Positions 9,601 to 16,568 of a stretch of 37,975 nt of DNA are shown here, one piece after another. Within the stretch, counting starts at the first letter, position 1. Every line of letters starts with the position of its first letter. Origin of the DNA: a virus (Duplodnaviria; Caudoviricetes); IMG/VR virus record IMGVR_UViG_3300032242_001019, positions 1 through 37,975 of that record. One strand, given 5' to 3'. Under the pieces are notes generated by a model. That model was not told the origin of the DNA. It searched no databases and was given only the letters and a program-made list of their open reading frames with translations. The position numbers and the translations under genes are program-made.

Positions 9601-12500
9601 ACGGGGCTATGATGCCTTTATGGGTTCATATAGAAAACCCATTTGAAATGAATGTTGGTAAAGACGCTCTTAGAAAAGAAAGAGACGGCCTTTATTTAAC
9701 TCATGAAGCAGGTGTTTCTTTCAAAACACAACTTGATGATAAAGTTAAAGAACTAACCAAAGGCAAAAAACGCCTAATGGATTTGGATGGTGATCAAGTT
9801 AGAGCTTTGTTTGAGAAAAATGGCTATGACGGTCTTATGATTAAAGATCCTGATGGCAACATCATAGAAGCCAATGCGTTTACACCCAATCAATTGAAGT
9901 CGGCCACAGGTAACAAAGGCACTTACGACTTCAACAAAGCAGACATTAGAGCCAGTCTTGGCACTCTTTTAAATGGCATACCCAACGCTGCTGGCTTGGC
10001 AGATCGTTTAAACACTGTTACTCCCGGGCGGGAGGATGTAGGCTACGCCCGCAGAATGATTGAGGCAATCAATCCCAAGAACTTTGGTGACTTCCGTACC
10101 AACTTCCTAAACCGTTATAACCAGTTGGCCGTCCATGACAAGATGCTTGCCAAGTCCAAAGGGCTTGTTAAGCTGATGGCCGATGCTAGTGCTGAATCTG
10201 CGGCTTTGATGTCTGACCTAGCGTCCGGCATTGCGGCAGAAGCCATTGGCAAGAACGGCGGTGTCCCTGTTTACAAGAATGGTTATACCTCCATAGACAA
10301 ATCTACCAAAGGCTTGGTGGAGATCTTTGCCCCGCTTGCCAAGTTAAATGACCCCAATATGTACAGGTTGTACCAGTTTTGGGCTGGATCTAAACGGGCT
10401 AGAAGGTTGATCAAAGAAGGCCGTGAAGAGAACTACACCCCCGCAGATCTTCAACATGCCAAAGAACTAGAGAAGAAATACGGTCATGTCTTTAATAAAG
10501 TCCATGATGACTGGATCAAGTACAACAACGGCCTTGTCAAATACCTCGTTGACACGGGTGTGCTATCACCTGAAAAGGCCAAAGAGTTCTCCAAGTACTC
10601 CGACTACATTCCATTCTATCGTCAGGTCGATGGCGAAACGACTGTAGGCCCACAACTATTCCAGTCCATGACTGGGGTCAAGGCTCCCAAGAAACTCAAG
10701 GGCGGTGAAGGGCCACTGGCCGATTTCCTAGAGACTGTGGTCAGAAATACCCATGCCGCTATCCAGTCTGGTACAAAGAATGTGGCGGCTACAAGGGCTG
10801 TCAAGAACGCAGAAGAACTTGGTCTGGCTGAGAAAGTGCCGTTTAAACAAGACAGCTTCAATACCGTGAAGATCTTCGAGAACGGCAAGGAGTCCTATTA
10901 CAACGTGGCTGATCCGCTTTTGGTTCAATCCATGCAGGGTTTAAACCTACCTGACCTGCCATTCTTGGGTATCCTTGCTGCGCCTGCCAATTGGTTACGG
11001 AACATGGTAACCAAAGACCCCGGATTTATGTTGGCCAACATGATGAAAGATTCGATCTCGGCCTACATTACAAGTGGGTCAAACATGACCCCAGTCATTG
11101 ATACAGTCAAGCATTTCACCACTGCAATGGCAGGCACTAACCCAACCATAGAAAAGCTCAGAGCCGCAGGGATAGGTGGTGGCCATTTGGGTGGGGATAT
11201 TGAAGCCGCAGGCAGGGACTTGGCCAAGAAGCTACGCAAGGAAGCTGGAACTAAGACAACTCTAGAGAAGGGGCTTACCCCGTTTACATCTCTATGGGAA
11301 GGATTGGAGCATGGCACAGAAGCATCTGACCTAGCTACCCGTGCGGCCATCTACCAAAAGACAATGGATGAGACAGGCAATGAGGCCGAGGCCATTTACC
11401 AAGCCTTGGAGGTAATGAACTTCTACAGGAAAGGGGCTAACCCTATCATCCGTATTTTGTCTGCGGTGACTCCATTCCTGAACGCAAGGATCCAAGGTTT
11501 GGATGTGTTCTACCGTGCAGGGTTTGCACCAATCTTTGACAAGAATGCAACAGAAGCTGACAAGGCTAGACAAAAAGCTTTCTTTGTCCGTGGTGCAACC
11601 ATCATGGCATTGTCTGCGGCTTACTGGGCAATGACCCATGATGATGATGATTACAAGAAACAGGAACAAGAAACTCGGGATAACAACTGGCTAGTCCCTT
11701 CCCTCGGAGTTAAGATCCCAATCCCATTTGAAGTGGGCTTTATATTCAAGGTTATCCCTGAGAGAGCTTTAGAGTATTTCTATGGCAATGACACAGGCAA
11801 GGATTTCCTCAAATCAATGGAGCGGGGGATCACCTCTACCCTGTCTATCCAAGCACCGCAGATCTTCCAGCCTGCGCTTGAAACCATGACCAATTACTCA
11901 TTCTTTACCGGACGGGCGATTGTTCCCCAAGGCTTACAGAATGTAGCCCCCGAATATCAAGTTGGCCCATCCACAACCAAAACCTTTGAGACCATAGGTA
12001 AAGAACTGGGTCAGTCCCCCATCATGCTTGAGCATCTATGGAAAGGCTACACAGGAACGATGGGGATGTACATGGTGGATGCTATAGATTCCATCATCAA
12101 TTTAAACAGCGATGTTCCTAAAGCGTCCAAGCGCTTTGAGCAAATGCCATTCATCAAGAGGTTTGCCCTAGATCCAGAGGCACGGGGGTCGGTATCTTCC
12201 TATTATGATCTTAAAGACTCAGTAGATCAGGCGGTGCGTACAGCCAATCTATTAGAGAAGACGGGTAACTACCAAGACATCGGCGAATACATGCAAGAGA
12301 ACGCAGGACTCCTAGCCACGGATGACTACGTTAAATCTATGGACAAGAGCATGAAGGATCTTCAGAACGAGGCCACAATCGTTCGTTCGTCAGGCATGAG
12401 TGCTGATGAGAAGAGGGATGCATTGAAGGCCATCGGTGAGGCACAGAATGCCTTAACGGCCAATGTCCAGTATCTTAAGAAGATGATGTCTGAACGATAG
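3675..12500 (+). CDS. Large polyvalent virion protein: HExxH metallopeptidase, HhH-glycosylase-like, SAM-lyase-like and two ART-like modules, plus an LPD38-like C-terminus
   Basis: 2941 aa. HESIH at aa 876. GPKLGAFYANL.G...TMDLW...QAALW. An ART-PolyVal-type SKVVD..GKPMVMYH...GIY...GYDG...NQLKSATGN.GT. A C-terminal NF.RKG...PFLNARIQG...IPIPFE.G...NYSFFTGR.IVP pattern as in LPD38. Confidence 0.8.
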   Translation: MPTYRITAPDGKTYQIDGPAGASQEDVKNEVMRQNPYAAYTTEELKNAPTASTSTADYLRQLGQSGIGAVKSITDLFGAGNDSLTKTSEEIGKKLSPELQEEARINQELQERAKGKGILSELAASTRPVFQHPFTSASTAAVSSLPLIAGSFALPETLGVAGLSAARAGIEGLMNLGSQKGQNYQTVHDEAIRQGKSEQEAEALGQQAAEYSLKNTPNLALAFGTGAIGGVLGPEARLAQYLRPAAKVAEESAIKNIAKPTFAKALGQTVGEGAGTEFLQGAGSQLSSNIALKDAGFDTPLMEGVMGAGAHDALIGALMGTAVSPAQLSSLKREYDADQAKILTEEAAKKQKESADLIAKFNEQNQIKPELLALPAPAQKIEGKQAEQSLQNPLGNFTKDDLAPEVVKAIDTHRAENGKPLLNSYSIEDITDAMPSQSLHPADTRVKNPEGERAALNALIANKVGHTNEKVTPQDVVNKAIEKNVDTSGEGFKDFLRRTTGIGELNMMTDGQRFAAQQALQNMEPHTGEAPLILPRGTNATHFDADQRLNSINALDQLGGNISQEKAIETIKKTTGLQRDQDAQHMIADLVRSGDFDLNKENELEQPSSTSYLPNGYHIEEGTFKEGEAPEHFKIMAADKELGIADTQEAAEEKRNKYLETRAKKSESIDKEIEQKQAALQKAKDDLEAMEAMGQGRTQEYKNASGDYAGKVASTEKEIGDLNRIKAELDPEVNPLSIKAGNIVPTTRKGFTIFKNNQSIGTFPDRSAAEKTIAANLSTKELEQLTGDKRRRGFARLAEQELNDRVTTGIKVRVTKEFEQAAPELGKQLEAMLAKFGLKGVGLKLMNTLGGNEGEYAQSLIKIALDIKDPVGVLRHESIHALKELGFFTENQWNALRRMAKDKWIQEYLKDKPFSEGKSRYDAYMEMYKGDMNAIEEEAIADAFRDYAEKGSPPGMIAALLKRLNQFFEALRNVLTGNGFNTAEDIFEKIEKGELASSKQGKGETKASLKTPLSTREIMEQNDQFAQAELGLNTEKAKGKTGVNNVRDIAKALNAQTVGEEGAMNRLSHTVKDEDRIAKAMADEVGYQLRATAKTGTGLGWYSNNYPNAVKMLSRRFPELENNKHARSVFSALVAVTSNGERVAKNIDNAIKLYSKLRDGKPLVAMGNRRASALDKNLINIENLLRKYGTDFEKELLKEITVKDMNAYLRSIGEESDASYLANTVIPSAAIHFGPKLGAFYANLSGSEGYLTMDLWWTRSINRMRGLLIPKATKASLDKFREMLDMPDASVNDLVEESIPLRNIYEENGFVTDLEFLAGGKEPAKKVLKEAWFKRAEAAAGDAYDQFLFEHNLLKMANTIYKNEFEMLEEAPFSATDRAFMYKAARKAQALLRGEGVDLTLADIQAALWYYEKRLYAKLSGRKADDIGYEEAIIKQANQGNRSVRPSVVFTGQQNGGNVSTGAVQLSGQPSSATVKASLKGIVAEVAPNPDQEVAARWRLMNSADKQQTTEVVARRVIPKLFDDMGFKGWSYNISSGRYEGEQNPNIIISAPDSATDEELNEFAKVIGNVFDQKAMVTYDEDNTTSDSQNGFVSVIIPDGMDDQTLTNLRDHIAKEVPEANADTVRDGKIHFGNFSKYTDNEISDEQYYNNIKDAIANFDYDGIIDVQKPIQFHSELIEPTNREEYLEGTRYGTDQGSREKAGGDDLWRQGRNRLEAISEDAIKLRNNWIESGTKFSESGRAGATTFPNVEAEYGTPIKNASSAVGIHFSKQKRNTLISKFFGTGLKGLEGERLSEPSNRDIKDRIYFYVDKGKGIVPEAGVGGAAHVVRLNNLYDTVKDPLGIIKTNKGNGANERASNLERKIKNAGFDGYMFMDPLQNQGYAVLIGEHNISVPLSKASLKAPDTPAFKRFFGDSKVVDKAGKPMVMYHSTFAFMKEGPEKGNLFTEFKLGADGKLGEGIYSTSIPEYAEKYAQDGAMMPLWVHIENPFEMNVGKDALRKERDGLYLTHEAGVSFKTQLDDKVKELTKGKKRLMDLDGDQVRALFEKNGYDGLMIKDPDGNIIEANAFTPNQLKSATGNKGTYDFNKADIRASLGTLLNGIPNAAGLADRLNTVTPGREDVGYARRMIEAINPKNFGDFRTNFLNRYNQLAVHDKMLAKSKGLVKLMADASAESAALMSDLASGIAAEAIGKNGGVPVYKNGYTSIDKSTKGLVEIFAPLAKLNDPNMYRLYQFWAGSKRARRLIKEGREENYTPADLQHAKELEKKYGHVFNKVHDDWIKYNNGLVKYLVDTGVLSPEKAKEFSKYSDYIPFYRQVDGETTVGPQLFQSMTGVKAPKKLKGGEGPLADFLETVVRNTHAAIQSGTKNVAATRAVKNAEELGLAEKVPFKQDSFNTVKIFENGKESYYNVADPLLVQSMQGLNLPDLPFLGILAAPANWLRNMVTKDPGFMLANMMKDSISAYITSGSNMTPVIDTVKHFTTAMAGTNPTIEKLRAAGIGGGHLGGDIEAAGRDLAKKLRKEAGTKTTLEKGLTPFTSLWEGLEHGTEASDLATRAAIYQKTMDETGNEAEAIYQALEVMNFYRKGANPIIRILSAVTPFLNARIQGLDVFYRAGFAPIFDKNATEADKARQKAFFVRGATIMALSAAYWAMTHDDDDYKKQEQETRDNNWLVPSLGVKIPIPFEVGFIFKVIPERALEYFYGNDTGKDFLKSMERGITSTLSIQAPQIFQPALETMTNYSFFTGRAIVPQGLQNVAPEYQVGPSTTKTFETIGKELGQSPIMLEHLWKGYTGTMGMYMVDAIDSIINLNSDVPKASKRFEQMPFIKRFALDPEARGSVSSYYDLKDSVDQAVRTANLLEKTGNYQDIGEYMQENAGLLATDDYVKSMDKSMKDLQNEATIVRSSGMSADEKRDALKAIGEAQNALTANVQYLKKMMSER
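7948..8121 (+). CDS. Candidate overprinted 57-aa gene in the +1 frame of the polyvalent protein
   Basis: GGAGG (7936-7940) lies 7 nt before ATG. Product MTSDTKKPLSNKPIRVIDPSDPVWSSLDNKTAGMSPQERFNFLDNLVQQLSKPVSKE overlaps a low-complexity linker of the main frame. Confidence 0.4.
   Translation: MTSDTKKPLSNKPIRVIDPSDPVWSSLDNKTAGMSPQERFNFLDNLVQQLSKPVSKE
8749..8949 (+). CDS. Candidate overprinted 66-aa gene in the +1 frame of the polyvalent protein
   Basis: AGAAGGA lies 7 nt before ATG, and the ORF overlaps a second inter-module linker. Confidence 0.35.
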   Translation: MAQIREVERKPGETIFGGKGVIGLKPFQKMQSNSGTIGSNPERSLARAAEQALLRSPMLKQNTEPQ

Positions 12501-12783
12501 AGTTATCGAAGAGCCAGCCTATCGTTTTACGGTGGGCTGCCTCCCACATGTTTAAACGCTCCTCCCGGGTCATCTTGCTGCCTTGGTCTAAATCTGCATG
12601 GCAGGTAAAGCAAAGGGCTGCGATCCTATAGTCATGTGCTTTAAGACCACGGCCTTTGCCATCTATTAATTGATTGGAATGTGCGGCCACTACCGTGCCA
12701 TCTTCAATGCCACAGTTTTGACAGGGGGAATTCCTTACCGAATCCAACAGGGTTCGGTTCCTGTACATTCCTTTTTGGTACAA
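12475..12783 (-). CDS. DUF1364/YbcO-like Zn-binding HNH-related nuclease
   Basis: Pattern PCQNCG...TVVAAHSNQ...GKGRGLKAHD..IAALCFTCH. Confidence 0.65.
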   Translation of the reverse strand: MYQKGMYRNRTLLDSVRNSPCQNCGIEDGTVVAAHSNQLIDGKGRGLKAHDYRIAALCFTCHADLDQGSKMTREERLNMWEAAHRKTIGWLFDNSIVQTSSS

Positions 12784-12907
12784 AGATTACCTCTTTTCCG
12801 TCTATGTCTTTGGTTGTAAATCGATGGCCGTTTAAACATTGTCTTCGTCTGCGGTCATCTCGCTTCTCAAGGATTCTTGTGCCTTTACCACATTCAGGAC
12901 AGTTCAT
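12704..12907 (-). CDS. Zinc-ribbon protein (NrdR N-terminal-like)
   Basis: MNCPECG..TRILEKR..RRRRQCLNGHRFTT; the ATG overlaps the upstream stop. Confidence 0.6.
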   Translation of the reverse strand: MNCPECGKGTRILEKRDDRRRRQCLNGHRFTTKDIDGKEVIFVPKRNVQEPNPVGFGKEFPLSKLWH

Positions 12908-13143
12908 TCTAGATCCCATTCATCTTCAGGCCAAACAAGGACGGGTGTCTCGGGGCCAAGATATCCGTCTTCTATATTAAACTCAATGAACTCTCGGGCT
13001 TCTTCTGACGACATTCCATCCCGTCTCATCAGAATTTCCCTTATCTTTTCTGCATCATATACCAAAACATTGACTCGAGTTTGATCTCGCCATATAGATG
13101 CAGGGCCAATGATAGCTTCGTCAAAATCATTGTATTTGATCAT
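12904..13143 (-). CDS. Conserved hypothetical phage protein
   Basis: 79 aa, acidic, FDEAIIG...VYD.EK...DGMS.EEA.EF.EFNI pattern; ATGA-coupled to its neighbours. Confidence 0.7.
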   Translation of the reverse strand: MIKYNDFDEAIIGPASIWRDQTRVNVLVYDAEKIREILMRRDGMSSEEAREFIEFNIEDGYLGPETPVLVWPEDEWDLE

Positions 13144-13544
13144 AGGAGTTCCATTTGCCTTGGTGCTGGAGTGAAGTCAGACTCAATGCCATATTTGAGC
13201 AATTCTATCTTGAGATGGATAAGACTAACCCTGCCTATATTAGGTTCTTTATAGAGAAACCTTTGTTGTTTAAGCAGATCCTCAATGGTGTGAATGTTGG
13301 CCATCCTCAATACATTCCTAATCCTCTGAGTTAGATTAAGATCTTCTAGTCGAGGTAACTTAGGTTTAGCCTCCTTGGTTGTGATCATGGCATCAGCAAA
13401 CTGATAAGCCATTTTGGATACTTGATTACAATATGTTGATAAACCACCTTCCATGATGATGCCTTGCATGGCCATGCCTGCAAACCAATCTCTTAAATCC
13501 ATACCTTCTTGCATTGTGTTGTTTGGATTTGGAAATGCTTTCAT
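13140..13544 (-). CDS. Phage protein fused to an RNA polymerase alpha-CTD-like domain
   Basis: N-terminal GMDLRDWFA..AMQG...AY..ADAM phage module, followed by LEDLNLTQRIRNVLRMANIHTIEDLL...PNIGRVSL, which matches the alpha-CTD consensus. Confidence 0.7.
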   Translation of the reverse strand: MKAFPNPNNTMQEGMDLRDWFAGMAMQGIIMEGGLSTYCNQVSKMAYQFADAMITTKEAKPKLPRLEDLNLTQRIRNVLRMANIHTIEDLLKQQRFLYKEPNIGRVSLIHLKIELLKYGIESDFTPAPRQMELL

Positions 13545-13795
13545 GTGTTTTTCTCCTTTAGTTTGGTTTCAATGTTTCTAACCATTTCAAATATAGTTGT
13601 GCGCCCAGCCCCCGTCTGAAAATCTTCCCAATCCCAGTAAAGTTCTACTTCCTCATCAGTCAGTCCCCGCCATTCTTTCTTACAAAATCCTCCATAGTTG
13701 GAACACATTTCTGAATTCCACTTGGATTCGTTTACACGCTCAGTCTCTTTGCACTTGGCTGCAATGCGATCAAACTCTTCGTCTTCTTCTGTCAT
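13541..13795 (-). CDS. Hypothetical phage protein
   Basis: AGGAG RBS; contains the modular EWRGLTDEE...IETKLKEKNT segment common in small phage accessory genes. Confidence 0.7.
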   Translation of the reverse strand: MTEEDEEFDRIAAKCKETERVNESKWNSEMCSNYGGFCKKEWRGLTDEEVELYWDWEDFQTGAGRTTIFEMVRNIETKLKEKNT

Positions 13796-13807
13796 AACAT
13801 TCTCCTA

Positions 13808-14017
13808 TTAATCAAACCATTTCCGCTTTATATATCTTTCAGCACACGCAACACAATAAAGAGCATGACCTTCATCAGCACCACATTCTGCACACGCCAC
13901 AGATTGGTGTTTAGCCAACGCCCTGTTCGCCATCTCCAATGCGTTCTTCAGGCGGTGTAACTCAATCTCTATCTCTTTCAGTTTGTCAATAGCTTCAAAT
14001 GTTTTTTCATGCTTCAT
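13808..14017 (-). CDS. Hypothetical protein with two CxxC motifs
   Basis: Coiled coil followed by CAEC...CVAC; GGAGG RBS. Confidence 0.6.
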   Translation of the reverse strand: MKHEKTFEAIDKLKEIEIELHRLKNALEMANRALAKHQSVACAECGADEGHALYCVACAERYIKRKWFD

Positions 14018-14174
14018 CTTTACCCTCCATGTCTTTCAACATATGATTCAAGGCAAACATCTTCTTCGTAGTTTCCATTTGCTGCTTGTGCAGTTGATTC
14101 ATTGCCTCGCTCAATGCTTGGTTTGCACCATACAACTCATTTATCTCGTCTTTGATTTCTTGTTTGGTTTTCAT
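14007..14174 (-). CDS. Small coiled-coil protein (55 aa; not in the ORF track)
   Basis: MKTKQEIKDEINELYGANQALSEAMNQLHKQQMETTKKMFALNHMLKDMEGKDEA. ATGA-coupled to the upstream gene and fills the operon gap. Confidence 0.6.
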   Translation of the reverse strand: MKTKQEIKDEINELYGANQALSEAMNQLHKQQMETTKKMFALNHMLKDMEGKDEA

Positions 14175-14413
14175 TTTTGTTCCCTTGCTCGAATTTTTTC
14201 CGCAATGATTTCAGAATAATTACGCTCTATTCCCTCAGCATATTCATCCGCCACTTTTGCACATTCCTCACGTTCTATTTCTGCAAATTTATTGCACATC
14301 GCCCACGCATCCAACTCGGTGAGGATCATAATGATGCGCCCCTCTGAGTCTTCGTAAAACGTTTCGTAAATGCAGTTTTTTTCTATCCAACTTTTGAAGT
14401 CTTCGTATTTCAT
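14171..14413 (-). CDS. Hypothetical phage protein (ERE.CAK...IRAR module)
   Basis: 80 aa, coupled in the operon. Confidence 0.65.
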   Translation of the reverse strand: MKYEDFKSWIEKNCIYETFYEDSEGRIIMILTELDAWAMCNKFAEIEREECAKVADEYAEGIERNYSEIIAEKIRAREQK

Positions 14414-14715
14414 TTTTTACCCCTTGGGTTATAGTTTAGAATTCCAAGACAACCTTTAATCTTATCTTGCGCCGCCTCTAGAGGGTTAAGGTTAAGACAT
14501 ACAAGACAATCGTTAATCTTGTCTTGCGCCACCTCTAGATCACGTTCCAATTCATAAATGTATGCATAATTTGACGCACGCTCTTTTTCTGCAACCAGTT
14601 TGGCAAAGGCTCGTAGCGTTTCATCTGCAAAAACCCATGCGTATGAATTCCAATCTTCTCTTGGCTCTTGCTCTAAAGCCCGTCTAGCCATCTCTATGAT
14701 TTCATCTTTAGTCAT
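14410..14715 (-). CDS. Hypothetical phage protein with an internal 19-aa duplication
   Basis: Start MTKDEII with an AGGAG RBS; LE.AQDKI..CL..LN.NP occurs twice. Confidence 0.65.
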   Translation of the reverse strand: MTKDEIIEMARRALEQEPREDWNSYAWVFADETLRAFAKLVAEKERASNYAYIYELERDLEVAQDKINDCLVCLNLNPLEAAQDKIKGCLGILNYNPRGKK

Positions 14716-14815
14716 CTTTAAACTCCTGTGCAAATAGCCAAGCCAACACTGCTGCGAATATCAATGTAAACGCAGTTGCCGTTAAAGCAATGATCCAGAT
14801 AATAATGTCCGTCAT
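14708..14815 (-). CDS. 35-aa single-pass membrane peptide (not in the ORF track)
   Basis: MTDIIIWIIALTATAFTLIFAAVLAWLFAQEFKDD; ATGA-coupled to the upstream gene. Confidence 0.55.
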   Translation of the reverse strand: MTDIIIWIIALTATAFTLIFAAVLAWLFAQEFKDD

Positions 14816-14997
14816 GATTCACCTATCAGTTTAAACGTTGTTGTTATCTTTTCCTGAATTGATTTTTTATCTGCGCCATCTTTCATCTCCGCATCAATCC
14901 AACGCAGAGTTTCATACATCACCTCTGCATTGACGGCTCTTCTTAGCTTGTCCTCATCATCAGGGTAATTAAAGGATAATGTTGCTTGCATTCTCAT
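14812..14997 (-). CDS. Hypothetical phage protein
   Basis: 61 aa, ATL.F.YP.DE pattern, in the operon. Confidence 0.6.
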   Translation of the reverse strand: MRMQATLSFNYPDDEDKLRRAVNAEVMYETLRWIDAEMKDGADKKSIQEKITTTFKLIGES

Positions 14998-15145
14998 TCT
15001 TTCCCCTTGGTTTGGCCAATAGCCATTTGTCGCCTAACATTCGGATTGACTTAACCCACTTGCGTTGGTTGTCCCTATTTTGATAATAGGGAATGTAATC
15101 CACGTTATAGAGTTCTCTAACTTTCTTCAGCATGGTGATGTCCAC
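14969..15145 (-). CDS. Hypothetical phage protein
   Basis: Likely GTG start behind AAGGA; NQRKWVKSIRMLGDKWLLA. Confidence 0.55.
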   Translation of the reverse strand: MDITMLKKVRELYNVDYIPYYQNRDNQRKWVKSIRMLGDKWLLAKPRGKNENASNIIL

Positions 15146-15347
15146 GTTGTTTCCTTTGTTCTTTGGTTTCACTGATCCAGAATCCATCTTTGTTTAAACT
15201 CATACCAGCAGCCGTCATTTCTTCTTCGGTCATACATCTGCGGTCGATTCCAAACTTGCCAATCCTGTGTAATTCAAATGGATAGTTGCTGTTAAACCTT
15301 TGTTTACACGTACCGCATTCGTTTCGGTTACCCACTAGTGGTTTCAT
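15117..15347 (-). CDS. FDxHR-type phage zinc-binding protein
   Basis: CGTC..RFNS...FELHRIG...RRC....M...GM......W. Confidence 0.65.
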   Translation of the reverse strand: MKPLVGNRNECGTCKQRFNSNYPFELHRIGKFGIDRRCMTEEEMTAAGMSLNKDGFWISETKEQRKQRGHHHAEES

Positions 15348-15633
15348 TGGTCATCTTCTTTTGTAAAAGTTCTTGTTCGATAAGCTCGGCCATCGAGGTT
15401 CCTGATGGGAACCTCAACTGTGCGGCTTGCATCTCATGAATGGCCGTTATACAAGATTCAATCCCTGCGTTAAATCCTGCGGTGAATGGATCACCTTGGG
15501 AAAACTTAGAAGACAATGCCTCTCGTATAACCTGTGCCATTGTGACTCTGTACTTCTTTGAGTACTTCTTTAAGTCTGAGATATCTTTGGGTTCTAAATA
15601 CGTCATTACCGCTTTATATTTAGAAGGTGTCAT
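15328..15633 (-). CDS. Ribbon-helix-helix-like DNA-binding protein
   Basis: AVMTYLEPKDISDLKKYSKKYRVTMAQVIREAL fits the strand-helix-helix RHH pattern. Confidence 0.5.
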   Translation of the reverse strand: MTPSKYKAVMTYLEPKDISDLKKYSKKYRVTMAQVIREALSSKFSQGDPFTAGFNAGIESCITAIHEMQAAQLRFPSGTSMAELIEQELLQKKMTNETTSG

Positions 15634-16030
15634 TTCGTTTCCATTCGTTGTATACATCCATCAGCTCAGTGAATCTCTCCTGCGCTTTCTTGTTGCCGTT
15701 GAGTTCAGTCCTTGATTCAATCCGACAGTAGCGACAAATACCATCTGCCGCTCCCGCTTCACCATCCATATCTGTGAGATTGGTGGCCACAAGGAACTGT
15801 TGGAAAACAGGGTCTCGGCAGATCATGCCTGCCGTCTTGACCATGTTGTTGTAAGGCACTGCTGACTCATCATCTGCAATGCGTTGTATAGCCACTGCAT
15901 ATCTCGCCCCAACAAAGTCACGCAGAATTTCTTCCGGAACCTCATCGGGGTGCATGGCAAGCGTTAAGATAAAACCTGTGCGGTCTTGCTTTAACGCTAT
16001 CTTCCTTGCTTCAAAGCTTAGTGCCATCAA
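15620..16030 (-). CDS. Conserved hypothetical phage protein
   Basis: 136-aa ORF overlapping the SSB stop codon. Confidence 0.7.
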   Translation of the reverse strand: MMALSFEARKIALKQDRTGFILTLAMHPDEVPEEILRDFVGARYAVAIQRIADDESAVPYNNMVKTAGMICRDPVFQQFLVATNLTDMDGEAGAADGICRYCRIESRTELNGNKKAQERFTELMDVYNEWKRNDTF

Positions 16031-16326
16031 AATGGATCTTCTTCGTCTTGGGATTGATGCTCTTGACGGATACCGCCACTCTCTTTAGGAATGAAACGAT
16101 CCACGGCCAAGGACAGGTATGTCTTCCCGCTTTTATCAACCTTCTTCCATCCTGACAACTTAACCACGTGACACCCATCTTCAATCTTGACATTGGTTAA
16201 GTCTTTCATGTTGATATGGATAGTCCCGTAGTAGTCAGGGGACTGAGGGCCTTTCTTAAACTGTGATGGGCGCAGGGATCCGCCATCAGGCTTTTGTTTA
16301 AACGCTGTCGTGTATGTCATGTTCAT
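16027..16326 (-). CDS. Single-stranded DNA-binding protein (small OB-fold type)
   Basis: PDYYG.I...LSGWKK....GKTYLSL, an acidic C-terminal tail ending EEDPF, and location next to the annealase. Confidence 0.6.
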   Translation of the reverse strand: MNMTYTTAFKQKPDGGSLRPSQFKKGPQSPDYYGTIHINMKDLTNVKIEDGCHVVKLSGWKKVDKSGKTYLSLAVDRFIPKESGGIRQEHQSQDEEDPF

Positions 16327-16568
16327 TCCTTTGGTGTTTTTACGTTGAAAAAATAATTCTCTGAATCTTTGATGCGCTGACCTTTGTAGCCAAGTCTCAA
16401 CATAGCTTCAACAAAAGATTCATTGCAGATGTATTGACCCATCTTTCTTTCGACAAAATGTTTCAAGCCATAACTTGTGATTGTTTTATTAATGGTTTTT
16501 CTTGCGGGTGCATTGCCTGCCTTTACCCACTTGATTACCAGTAAAACTTCTTTAGTTACACTAGCCAT
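16323..16568 (-). CDS. Hypothetical protein (SYGLKH..E...G.YI.N family)
   Basis: Start MASVTK with an AGGAG RBS; 81 aa, basic. Confidence 0.55.
   Translation of the reverse strand: MASVTKEVLLVIKWVKAGNAPARKTINKTITSYGLKHFVERKMGQYICNESFVEAMLRLGYKGQRIKDSENYFFNVKTPKE

Noticed and set aside
483-11669. Numerous antisense and alternate-frame ORFs over the virion genes (similar ones occur at 23797-26850 and 30169-35066)
   Set aside because: They are shadows of long real genes, with no RBS or recognisable motifs.
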